The position numbers were made by a program, and so were the translations under genes. Shown here in pieces: positions 18,098 through 26,135 of a stretch of DNA of 64,000 nucleotides (positions within the stretch are counted from its first letter, which is position 1; each line of letters begins with the position of its first letter). Origin of the DNA: an uncultured bacterium (GTDB taxonomy: Bacteria; Verrucomicrobiota; Lentisphaeria; Victivallales; UBA1829). The notes beneath the pieces were generated by a model, which saw only the letters and a list, made by a program, of their open reading frames with translations, was not told where the DNA came from and did not search any database. The DNA lies in assembly GCA_900548385.1 (NCBI GenBank), contig URKJ01000012.1, positions 24,101-88,100 of the forward strand, given 5' to 3'.

Positions 18098-19534
18098 ATG
18101 CAGAGCATCCGGATCAATCCTTTGGACAATGTGGCGGTCATGCTGGATGAGTCCTCGGCGGAAATCCCGCGCGGACACAAGTTCGCACTCCGGGATATTG
18201 CCGCAGGCGAGAACATCATCAAATACGGTATGCCGATCGGCCGTGCGACGCGCGGAATCCGCAAGGGCGGGCATGTTCACACGCAGAACATGAAAACAAA
18301 CCTCGACGGGATTCTGGAATATTCTTATGAGCCGGTCGAAATCCCGGTTCATCCGGCTGCCGGAACGGAAACGTTTTCCGGATTCCGCCGCAAAAACGGA
18401 TCGGTCGGGATCCGCAACCATATTTTCATCATTCCGACGGTCGGCTGTGTGAACAAACTGGCGCATACGCTGGCGGAGCGGCTGAACCGCACGCTTCCCG
18501 TCGGAAGCGTGGACCGCGCCGTCGCGATGGAGCATCCGTTCGGTTGTTCCCAGCTTGGCGGCGACCATGAGATGACCCGCGCCATTCTTTGCGGACTCGT
18601 CAAACATCCGAACGCGGGCGGCGTGCTCGTGGTCGGGCTCGGATGTGAAAACAACACGATTGATTCCTTCCGGGAAAAACTCGGAGAGATTGATTCGGAC
18701 CGCATCAAATTTCTGGTTTCGCAGAAAGAATCGGATGAAGTCGCCGCCGGAATGGAGATCCTGAACGGGCTTGTCAGAGTTGCATCGCAGGATGTCCGCA
18801 CGGAAATTCCTGTCGGCGAGCTTGTCGTCGGACTCAAATGCGGCGGTTCGGACGGACTCAGCGGAATCACGGCGAATCCGCTTGTCGGGCGTTTTTCCGA
18901 TTGGCTGACCGCGCGCGGCGGAAGTACGATTCTCAGCGAAGTGCCGGAGATGTTCGGCGCGGAGACGCTTCTGATGGCACGCTGCCGCAGCCGTGAGGTG
19001 TTTGACAAATGCGTAAAGATGGTGAACGAATTCAAACAGTATTTCACCCGTTACGGACAGACCATTTACGAAAATCCTTCTCCCGGCAATAAAGCGGGCG
19101 GGATTTCGAGCTTGGAAGACAAATCGCTCGGCTGCACGCAGAAAGCGGGCAGTTCCGCGGTCAACGATGTCCTGCTGCCCGGTGAACATGTCCGGGAAAA
19201 AGGACTCAATCTGCTGACGGGCCCCGGCAACGACATGGTTGCTTCGACTCTTCTGGCGTCTTCCGGCGCGCACATCATTCTGTTCACCACCGGACGCGGT
19301 ACGCCGTTCGGTTCGGTCGTTCCGACGCTGAAAATTTCCTCCAATACCGCGCTGGCGGAATTCAAGCCGAACTGGATCGACTTTGACGCCGGCCGTGTTT
19401 TGAATGAAGATCCTGCCGTTGTCGACCGCGAATTTTTCGCAAAGGTTCTTTCCGTCGCCGATGGAGAGGAAGCCGCGAATGAGCGCAACGGTTACGAAGA
19501 GATTTCCATTTTTAAGGATGGCGTGACGCTTTGA
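18098..19534 (+). CDS. uxaA: altronate dehydratase
   Basis: ORF from GTG 18092; ATG 18098 is preferred because AGGA lies 8 nt upstream. SAF-domain N-terminus IRINPLDNVAV and a UxaA/GarD-type C-terminal domain. Confidence 0.85.
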   Translation: MQSIRINPLDNVAVMLDESSAEIPRGHKFALRDIAAGENIIKYGMPIGRATRGIRKGGHVHTQNMKTNLDGILEYSYEPVEIPVHPAAGTETFSGFRRKNGSVGIRNHIFIIPTVGCVNKLAHTLAERLNRTLPVGSVDRAVAMEHPFGCSQLGGDHEMTRAILCGLVKHPNAGGVLVVGLGCENNTIDSFREKLGEIDSDRIKFLVSQKESDEVAAGMEILNGLVRVASQDVRTEIPVGELVVGLKCGGSDGLSGITANPLVGRFSDWLTARGGSTILSEVPEMFGAETLLMARCRSREVFDKCVKMVNEFKQYFTRYGQTIYENPSPGNKAGGISSLEDKSLGCTQKAGSSAVNDVLLPGEHVREKGLNLLTGPGNDMVASTLLASSGAHIILFTTGRGTPFGSVVPTLKISSNTALAEFKPNWIDFDAGRVLNEDPAVVDREFFAKVLSVADGEEAANERNGYEEISIFKDGVTL

Positions 19535-19702
19535 CCCCGTTTTTCGACGACAATGACTCTGTTCCGCGCAGGAGCCGTGGCCGGAGTCATTGAAGAGAAG
19601 ACGGGCTTCTGCCGGCGGTTTATTTTTTCGTTTATTCCGGAAAATTCCGGGAATAATAAAGACGGCAGCCGCTGATTTCCCGGAAAATTTTTGTTTCTTA
19701 TC

Positions 19703-19731
19703 TTGAAGAATTCTTGTTTCCGATGTAGAAT
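19703..19731 (+). promoter_or_regulatory. candidate mutS promoter
   Basis: TTGAAG (19703-19708), 17-nt spacer, TAGAAT (19726-19731). Lies 38 nt upstream of ATG 19770. Confidence 0.5.
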
Positions 19732-19769
19732 ACGGAGTTGTTTAAGATTGAAACTTATGGAGTCTTCCG

Positions 19770-22334
19770 ATGCCCGATGATAAAAGTCTGACGCCCATGA
19801 TGCAGCAATACGTCAAAGTGAAGGCTGAAGCGCCGAAGGACGCGGTTCTTCTCTTCCGTATGGGCGATTTCTATGAAATGTTTTTCAATGATGCGAAGAT
19901 TGCGAGTCCGATTCTGGAAATTGCCCTGACCACCCGCGCCGGGTATCCGATGTGCGGTGTGCCGTATCATGCGCTCGACATTTATCTGCCGAAACTTCTG
20001 GAAGCCGGGGTGAAAGTCGCGATTGCGGAGCAGCTGGAAAATCCGGCGCTTGTCAAGGGAAATGCGATTGTTAAACGCGGTATCACCCGCGTCATCACGC
20101 CCGGTTCCATTACCGAAGGCCCGCTGCTGAAACCGTCCGACAACAATTTTCTCTGCTCCTATTTCAGTATTCCGTCGAAAAATGTTTATGCTTTGGCATG
20201 GCTCGACATCAGCACCGGGGAATTTCTCGCCGCTGAATTCCGCAATATCCAGGAAGTTTCCGACGAACTGGCAAAGCTGCATCCGCGCGAATGTGTCGTT
20301 CCGGCGTCGCTGCTCGCCGAATGGCGCAAGGACTCCGTTTCCAAGCCCGATACTCCGCAGAATCTGTTGTGGACCGAGCTGGATGACTGGATCTTCACCT
20401 ATGAAAACGCATCCGGACTTCTGAACCGTCATTTCGGCACTATCACGCTGGAAGGGTTCGGGTTCAAGCAGAAAGAGACGAACGCGGTCCGTGCGGCGGG
20501 TGCGGTTCTTGCCTACACCGAGGACAACCTGAAGTGCCAGACCGGGCATATCCGCAAGATCAGCCTCAAGTCGCGGGACGAAGTTCTGCTGATCGACCCC
20601 TCCAGCCGGCGCAATCTGGAACTTGCCGATCCGATGCTTGGTTCCGCGAAAGATTCCACGCTGCTGCATGTGCTGGACTGTTCCAAAACGCCGATGGGCG
20701 GACGTCTGCTGCGTCAATGGGTGCTGAATCCGCTCCGGAGTGTCCAGCGCATTATCGAGCGGCAGGACATCGTCGGTACGTTCAAGGACGATCCGCTGAC
20801 GCTTGCCGAATTGCGGGAGACCATTTCCGGCATCCGGGATCTTGCGCGCATCACGACCAAACTCAATATGAACACCGCGAATCCGCGTGATCTGATTTCG
20901 CTCAGTGCGAGTCTTTCCCTGATCCCCGGAGTCAAAAACATTCTGGCGATTTTCGATCTGCCGCTGATCGGCGACATCAATACGCGGCTTTGTGAACTGG
21001 ACGAGCTTACCGGAAGAATCCTCAATACGCTGATTGATTCACCCCCGGCTTCCGCGACCGATGGCGGAGTGATCCGGGAAGGATGCAATTCCGAACTTGA
21101 CGAGCTCCGTTCCGCCGCCACCGAAGGGCGGAACTGGGTTGCCCGGCTTCAGGCGAAAGAGCAGGAGCGTACCGGAATCAAATCATTGAAAGTGCATTAC
21201 AACCGCGTATTCGGATTTTATATTGAAGTGACGAAATCCAATCTGGAGAGCGTTCCGGCGGATTATATCCGCAAACAGACTCTCGTAAATTGTGAACGGT
21301 TTATTACACCTGAACTCAAGGAAATGGAATCCAGGATTCTCGGTGCCGATGACAAGGCGAAAGCGCTGGAGATTAAAATTTTCGAGGAACTGCGTCAATA
21401 CGCCGCCGGATTTACGCGCGAGATTCAGCAGAACGCCGAAGCGCTGGCGGAGATCGACGCCCTTTGCGCCCTTGCCGATTGCGCATCGCGCTATTCCTAC
21501 TGCCGCCCGCATATTGACGACAGCGATATGCTCGTCATCAAGGGCGGTCGTCACCCCGTGCTTGACGCCGCCATGCAGGACTCCCGTTTCATTCCCAACG
21601 ACACCATTCTGGACGGCGAAGAAAATCGGATGATGATCATTACCGGCCCCAACATGGCGGGTAAATCAACGTATATCCGCCAGACCGCCCTGCTGGTCAT
21701 CATGGCGCAGATGGGATCGTTCATTCCCGCCGACAGCGCCGTGATCGGCGTCACGGACAAGATTTTTACCCGCGTCGGCGCCGCGGACGATATTTCCCGC
21801 GGACAGAGCACGTTCATGGTCGAGATGCTGGAAACGGCGAATATTCTCAATAATGCCACGCCGCGGAGCCTGATTATTCTGGATGAGATCGGGCGCGGAA
21901 CCAGCACGTTTGACGGGCTTTCCATCGCGTGGTCCGTCGCCGAATACATCCTTGATCATCCCTCCTGCCGTGCAAGGACGCAGTTCGCGACTCATTACCA
22001 CGAGCTGACGGAACTGGCGATGGTGCGGAAAGGCGTCCGGAATTACAATGTCGCCGTCCGGGAATACGGAGATCAGATCATTTTTCTCCGTCAGATCGTT
22101 CCCGGCGCCGCCGATAAAAGCTATGGAATCCATGTCGCCAAACTGGCGGGACTGCCGGACAAGGTGGTCAAGCGGGCAAAAGAAATCCTTGCGAATCTGG
22201 AAGAAAATGCGATCGGCGAAGCGAATCTGCCGTCAGTCACCGTTGCCCGCGAGAAGCGCGGACGCTACCGGGCAAAAAATGACGGTCCTCCGCAGCCGAA
22301 GCCTGCAATCCTCCAGCCTTCCCTGTTCGATTGA
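19770..22334 (+). CDS. mutS: DNA mismatch repair protein MutS
   Basis: 854 aa. N-terminus TPMMQQY, Walker A GPNMAGKST, STFMVEM motif. Confidence 0.97.
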   Translation: MPDDKSLTPMMQQYVKVKAEAPKDAVLLFRMGDFYEMFFNDAKIASPILEIALTTRAGYPMCGVPYHALDIYLPKLLEAGVKVAIAEQLENPALVKGNAIVKRGITRVITPGSITEGPLLKPSDNNFLCSYFSIPSKNVYALAWLDISTGEFLAAEFRNIQEVSDELAKLHPRECVVPASLLAEWRKDSVSKPDTPQNLLWTELDDWIFTYENASGLLNRHFGTITLEGFGFKQKETNAVRAAGAVLAYTEDNLKCQTGHIRKISLKSRDEVLLIDPSSRRNLELADPMLGSAKDSTLLHVLDCSKTPMGGRLLRQWVLNPLRSVQRIIERQDIVGTFKDDPLTLAELRETISGIRDLARITTKLNMNTANPRDLISLSASLSLIPGVKNILAIFDLPLIGDINTRLCELDELTGRILNTLIDSPPASATDGGVIREGCNSELDELRSAATEGRNWVARLQAKEQERTGIKSLKVHYNRVFGFYIEVTKSNLESVPADYIRKQTLVNCERFITPELKEMESRILGADDKAKALEIKIFEELRQYAAGFTREIQQNAEALAEIDALCALADCASRYSYCRPHIDDSDMLVIKGGRHPVLDAAMQDSRFIPNDTILDGEENRMMIITGPNMAGKSTYIRQTALLVIMAQMGSFIPADSAVIGVTDKIFTRVGAADDISRGQSTFMVEMLETANILNNATPRSLIILDEIGRGTSTFDGLSIAWSVAEYILDHPSCRARTQFATHYHELTELAMVRKGVRNYNVAVREYGDQIIFLRQIVPGAADKSYGIHVAKLAGLPDKVVKRAKEILANLEENAIGEANLPSVTVAREKRGRYRAKNDGPPQPKPAILQPSLFD

Positions 22335-22365
22335 AAAACAGATCCTGAACATCCGGATTTTTATG

Positions 22366-22392
22366 AAAACGCGGCATTCCCCGCGTTTTTTT
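22366..22392 (+). terminator. intrinsic terminator after mutS
   Basis: Stem AAAACGCGG / CCGCGTTTT with a 6-nt loop, followed by a T run to 22392. Confidence 0.75.
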
Positions 22393-22394
22393 AT

Positions 22395-22422
22395 TTGATT
22401 TTTTATAAAAGGATGTTATTAT
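22395..22422 (+). promoter_or_regulatory. candidate extended -10 promoter of uxuA-like gene
   Basis: TTGATT (22395-22400), 16-nt spacer ending in TGT, TATTAT (22417-22422). Confidence 0.5.
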
Positions 22423-22463
22423 AGAATATATCATATTCAATACAGAATAAAGGAGACGTTGAA

Positions 22464-23426
22464 ATGAAATTGGGTCTGATGCTTCCGGTCAACCGGACGA
22501 TTCAGTGGGATGTGGCGGCTCAGCTCGGGGTGGAGTATGCGGTTACGAAAGCCGCGCCGGAGCTCAGCGGATTGTCCGATCCGTCGGATTTCAAGGCGCT
22601 GGAAACCGTGGTGAACCGGTTCCGGGAACGTGGATTTTATCTTTATGCGCTGGAGGGAGACGAGTTTGACATGTCCCGTATCAAACTTGGGCTTCCGGGA
22701 TTTGAAGAGGATATTGAACGGTACCGGCAGATGCTGCGCAATATGGGAAAACTCGGAATCCGGTTGCTGTGTTATAACTTTATGGCGGGCGTCGGCTGGT
22801 TCCGTTCCCGCAACGATCTGCCGGAGCGCGGAGGGGCGCTCACCAGCGGCTTCGACATCCGGGAGATCAGGAATGACGTTCCGCTGAAAGTGACGGAGGA
22901 GCAGATGTGGGAAAACTACACGCGGTTTATCCGGGCGGTGATCCCCGCTGCCGAGGAAGCCGGAGTGAAAATGGGGCTTCACCCGGATGATCCGCCGGTT
23001 TCTCCCCTGCTTGGATATTCGAGGATTCTGACGAACGCCGATGCCTACCGTCGCGCAATGAGGATCGTTGACAGTCCGTCGCACGGCATAACGTTCTGTC
23101 AGGCGACGTTCCGCGCGATGGGGGAAGACGTATTTTCCCTGATCAGGGAGTTCGGTCCGAAAATTTTCTTTTTCCATTTCCGCGATATTACCGGAACAAA
23201 AACCTGTTTCCGCGAGACGTTCCATGACAACGGTCCGACGGACATGGCGGCTCTTCTGGAGACCGTCTCCCGGTATGCGCCGGACTGCCTGATCCGTCCG
23301 GATCATACGCCGACGATGGCGGGGGAAAGCAATGAGAATTTCGGCTATGCGATGCTCGGCAATATTTTTGCCGTCGGCTATCTCAAAGGATTGCTGGAGA
23401 AAAAACAGGTACCGTCCGGAGATTGA
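22464..23426 (+). CDS. uxuA: mannonate dehydratase family protein
   Basis: 320 aa. The segment IERYRQMLRNMGKLGIRLLCYNFMAGVGWFRSR matches the UxuA signature region (..NL...GI...CYNFMP...W.R). RBS AAAGGAG. Confidence 0.7.
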   Translation: MKLGLMLPVNRTIQWDVAAQLGVEYAVTKAAPELSGLSDPSDFKALETVVNRFRERGFYLYALEGDEFDMSRIKLGLPGFEEDIERYRQMLRNMGKLGIRLLCYNFMAGVGWFRSRNDLPERGGALTSGFDIREIRNDVPLKVTEEQMWENYTRFIRAVIPAAEEAGVKMGLHPDDPPVSPLLGYSRILTNADAYRRAMRIVDSPSHGITFCQATFRAMGEDVFSLIREFGPKIFFFHFRDITGTKTCFRETFHDNGPTDMAALLETVSRYAPDCLIRPDHTPTMAGESNENFGYAMLGNIFAVGYLKGLLEKKQVPSGD

Positions 23427-23450
23427 CAAAACCGGAGAACATGCTATATT
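23423..23450 (+). promoter_or_regulatory. strong extended -10 promoter driving the structured leader
   Basis: TTGACA (23423-23428, overlapping the uxuA stop), 16-nt spacer ending in TGC, TATATT (23445-23450). Confidence 0.6.
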
Positions 23451-23515
23451 ATTCCGACTGCGGCATACAGGATGCCGCAGATGTTGTTTGACATTCCGTT
23501 ACTATTTCAGCAAAA

Positions 23516-23699
23516 GCACTGAAAACCGACCAAGTTAAAAAGTTGTTTGCTGTCACAAGGGATGCTTATTGTCCGGATTTTTGCCAGTATATACGCCCGG
23601 ATTCCATCCCGTTGAAATGGCCCCGGAGTTTGTGTTGTTCACAAACTTAGCCGGGCGCTTCTTCGTGTGACAGCGGGTTCTTGGTCGGACCTTCAGTGC
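23516..23699 (+). ncRNA. 184-nt highly structured RNA element (three-way junction, family unassigned; 6S-like size or novel leader/riboswitch)
   Basis: Interrupted 26-bp basal stem: 23516-23523/23692-23699, 23526-23534/23680-23688 and 23549-23557/23666-23674. Two inner hairpins: 23559-23564/23605-23610, and 23622-23634/23640-23655. Strand is inferred from the upstream promoter. Confidence 0.45.
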
Positions 23700-23805
23700 A
23701 ATGATTTGAAGCGTTCGGCTTTTTTCATCATTCCGCCGGTCCGGCGTTCCGCGATCGGGATTGTTTGTTGAGTGTTTACGGAATCAACAGGCATGGAGGA
23801 TTTTG

Positions 23806-25707
23806 ATGAATACTGATACCGCTGTTCAACGGGGGAATATGCCGGAAAAAACGTCTGCATTCCGGGAGGAACGTTTTTCCGTCACAGTTCCGTTCCAGCC
23901 GTTCTCCGGAGTGGAAACGGATCGTTTTCCGGCTGTTTCCATTTTGATTCCCACTTACGAACGCAAGTCTTTGCTGAAAGAGACTCTTGCCACGGTATTG
24001 AAACAGTCGTTTCAGGATTTTGAGATCATTGTGCTTGATGACGGTTCGCGTGAGCGGCCTGACCGTGAAATTTGTGAAATCGCCGCCGCATTGCCGGATC
24101 CCGACAGGAAAATCCGCTATTACCGTCAGCCGAACAGCGGACCTTCCGCCGCACGGAACCGGCTGCTGACTTTGGCGCGCGGGAGATGGATCCTGTTTCT
24201 GGATGACGATGACCGGATGACTCCGGATATGCTGCAACGGCTGGTCTCAGAAGCGGAGGCGTCGCCGGAACCGGTTGCCGCTTATTGCGGATATTGCCGG
24301 ATTGATGAACATGGGAACTTCTGCGGGATTCCGAATAAAGTAGAGAATCTGCCGTCCGGATGGATCACGGATCAGCTGTACCGGCGGATTTTTCTCTCTT
24401 CCAGTCAGGTTCTGATTCCGCGTGATGTTCTGCTGAAGCATTCGATCCGTTTCCGGAAGGAACTCCGCCTTTTTGAAGATACCGTATTTTTTCTGGAACT
24501 CTCCCTGCATATTCCATTCCGGGCGGTGAATTCTCCGCTGCTCTGCCGCCGCCGGCATTCCGGCAATCTATCCTCTTCGGGAAAGAACGCGGTTCATCAG
24601 CTATATGTCTGGATCTGGCTGATGAGAAAACCGGAATTCGCCTGCCGTCTGACGCAGAAGACTTTAAATGAACGGTTTGCCCAGCTCTATTTTCGTGCGG
24701 CAGGAGAAGAGACGGCGCCGGAACGGAAGATGCGGTACCGGAAGCGTTCTCTGCAATATCGCCGGAGGATGAAGACGGTGTTTTTATATTGGATGGACCG
24801 TCTCCGGTGCATCGTGACCACTGCTGTTCAGAAAACGGTTTTTCAAATCATATGCATCCGGAATGAATTCTGCCGGAAAGGGGGCACTCTGACGGTGTCT
24901 TATTACAGGGATCCGGAAAAAGCGCCGTTGGAGTCATCCAATTTCGGCGACGATCTGAACAGAACTTTTCTGTCGGAACTGACCGGGAAAGAAGTAATTC
25001 CGTATTCGTTCAGTGTCGCTTCCCGCTGTTTTTCCCGTCCCCATTACCTGTGTATCGGTTCGATCCTTCACCGCTGCTCCCGTCCGGGAGCGGTGGTATG
25101 GGGGAGCGGGATGAAATCTCCGGCGACTCTGCGGGGTAAACGGAAACGGATCCGGGTTTGCGCGGTCCGCGGTCCTCTGACGCGTGCCCGGCTTCTGGAA
25201 TCGGGAGTTGACTGCCCGCCGGTTTACGGAGATCCGGCAATTCTGATGCCGCTGCTGTATCATCCTGCCGTTCCGGAAAAGCGGTACCGGATCGGTTTGA
25301 TTCCGCATTTGCATGATCTGCATTATCCGGTTGTTTCCTGGTATGCGGAACAGCCTGGAGTGCACCTGTTTGACCTTCGGAAATATCCGCGGTGGCGGCA
25401 GTTCGTGGATGAACTTTTAAGTTGTGAAATGGTTCTTTCCTCTTCGCTGCATGGGTGCATTCTTGCGGATGCTTACGGCATTCCGAATTTGCAGGTGAAA
25501 TTTGTTGCGGATCTGGAACGGGAAAACTTCAAATTTGAAGATTATCATCTCTCCTGCCGGGCTTCCGTTCCGGTTCCGCTGGATCTGGGGTATGCGGACC
25601 GGACGGTTGAAGAACTGGCGGCGATGAAAACGGAATGGGTGCCGCCTGTATTCGATCGTGAAAGTCTGATGAAAGCGGCTCCGTTTCCGTTGAACATTCC
25701 GCGATAA
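23806..25707 (+). CDS. fusion protein: family-2 glycosyltransferase (N-terminal) + polysaccharide pyruvyl transferase (C-terminal)
   Basis: ORF 23761-25707, with start set at ATG 23806 (RBS GGAGGA). GT2 block VSILIPTYERKSLLKETLATVLKQSFQDFEIIVLDDGS. Pyruvyl-transferase blocks SSNFGDDLN, IGSIL, VWGSGM, VRGPLT. Confidence 0.7.
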   Translation: MNTDTAVQRGNMPEKTSAFREERFSVTVPFQPFSGVETDRFPAVSILIPTYERKSLLKETLATVLKQSFQDFEIIVLDDGSRERPDREICEIAAALPDPDRKIRYYRQPNSGPSAARNRLLTLARGRWILFLDDDDRMTPDMLQRLVSEAEASPEPVAAYCGYCRIDEHGNFCGIPNKVENLPSGWITDQLYRRIFLSSSQVLIPRDVLLKHSIRFRKELRLFEDTVFFLELSLHIPFRAVNSPLLCRRRHSGNLSSSGKNAVHQLYVWIWLMRKPEFACRLTQKTLNERFAQLYFRAAGEETAPERKMRYRKRSLQYRRRMKTVFLYWMDRLRCIVTTAVQKTVFQIICIRNEFCRKGGTLTVSYYRDPEKAPLESSNFGDDLNRTFLSELTGKEVIPYSFSVASRCFSRPHYLCIGSILHRCSRPGAVVWGSGMKSPATLRGKRKRIRVCAVRGPLTRARLLESGVDCPPVYGDPAILMPLLYHPAVPEKRYRIGLIPHLHDLHYPVVSWYAEQPGVHLFDLRKYPRWRQFVDELLSCEMVLSSSLHGCILADAYGIPNLQVKFVADLERENFKFEDYHLSCRASVPVPLDLGYADRTVEELAAMKTEWVPPVFDRESLMKAAPFPLNIPR

Positions 25708-25787
25708 AGGCGGTGTTTGCCGTTTTCTGCAACGGCTTCCTATTGAAAAAGATAAGGCTCGAAACAGGAAGTTTTGATGCCGCTTCA

Positions 25788-25815
25788 TTGATTTTTTGGA
25801 AAATGATGCTATATT
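25788..25815 (+). promoter_or_regulatory. candidate extended -10 promoter of ptsH-ptsI
   Basis: TTGATT (25788-25793), 16-nt spacer ending in TGC, TATATT (25810-25815). Confidence 0.55.
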
Positions 25816-25856
25816 ATCCGGCATTGATTCCGACTAAAACAGGAAAGGGATGCCGG

Positions 25857-26135
25857 ATGGGAGCCGTCTCAAGAACGACAGAATGCACAATAAAAAACAA
25901 ACTGGGCCTTCATGCAAGACCGGCGTCCCTGTTTGTGCAGACCGCATCGAAATTCGACAGCGATATTACCGTTTCAAAAGATGCGGAAACCGCAAACGGA
26001 AAGAGTTTGATGAGTATGCTTGTTCTTTCTGCCGCCTGCGGTTCCAAACTCACGATCACCGCCTGCGGACATGACGCAGAAGATGCACTCAAGGCTCTTA
26101 ACGATTTGGTTGACAGACGATTCGATGAAGAATGA
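25857..26135 (+). CDS. ptsH: phosphocarrier protein HPr
   Basis: 92 aa from ATG 25857. His-15 region GLHARPAS and Ser-46 region GKSLMSML. Confidence 0.9.
   Translation: MGAVSRTTECTIKNKLGLHARPASLFVQTASKFDSDITVSKDAETANGKSLMSMLVLSAACGSKLTITACGHDAEDALKALNDLVDRRFDEE

Noticed and set aside
19770-22334. mutS sitting between uxaB-uxaA and uxuA, which looks like an insertion splitting a hexuronate cluster.
   Set aside because: mutS has its own plausible promoter (19703-19731) and a clean intrinsic terminator (22366-22392). There are no flanking repeats, integrase or tRNA, and no visible change in codon style. This is ordinary gene-order scrambling rather than a mobile insertion.
23516-23699. Assigning the structured element as 6S RNA (ssrS).
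   Set aside because: The length (184 nt) and the end-to-end closing stem fit. However, the interior folds as two side-by-side hairpins rather than a single rod with a large central bubble, and I cannot verify the 6S consensus by eye. It is kept as an unassigned structured RNA. A covariance-model search would decide.
23708-23725. A hairpin plus T6 tract, considered as a definite intrinsic terminator ending the structured RNA.
   Set aside because: The stem is only 4-5 bp with two G-C pairs (AAGC/GCTT), too weak to call confidently. It is mentioned only as a possible expression-platform element.
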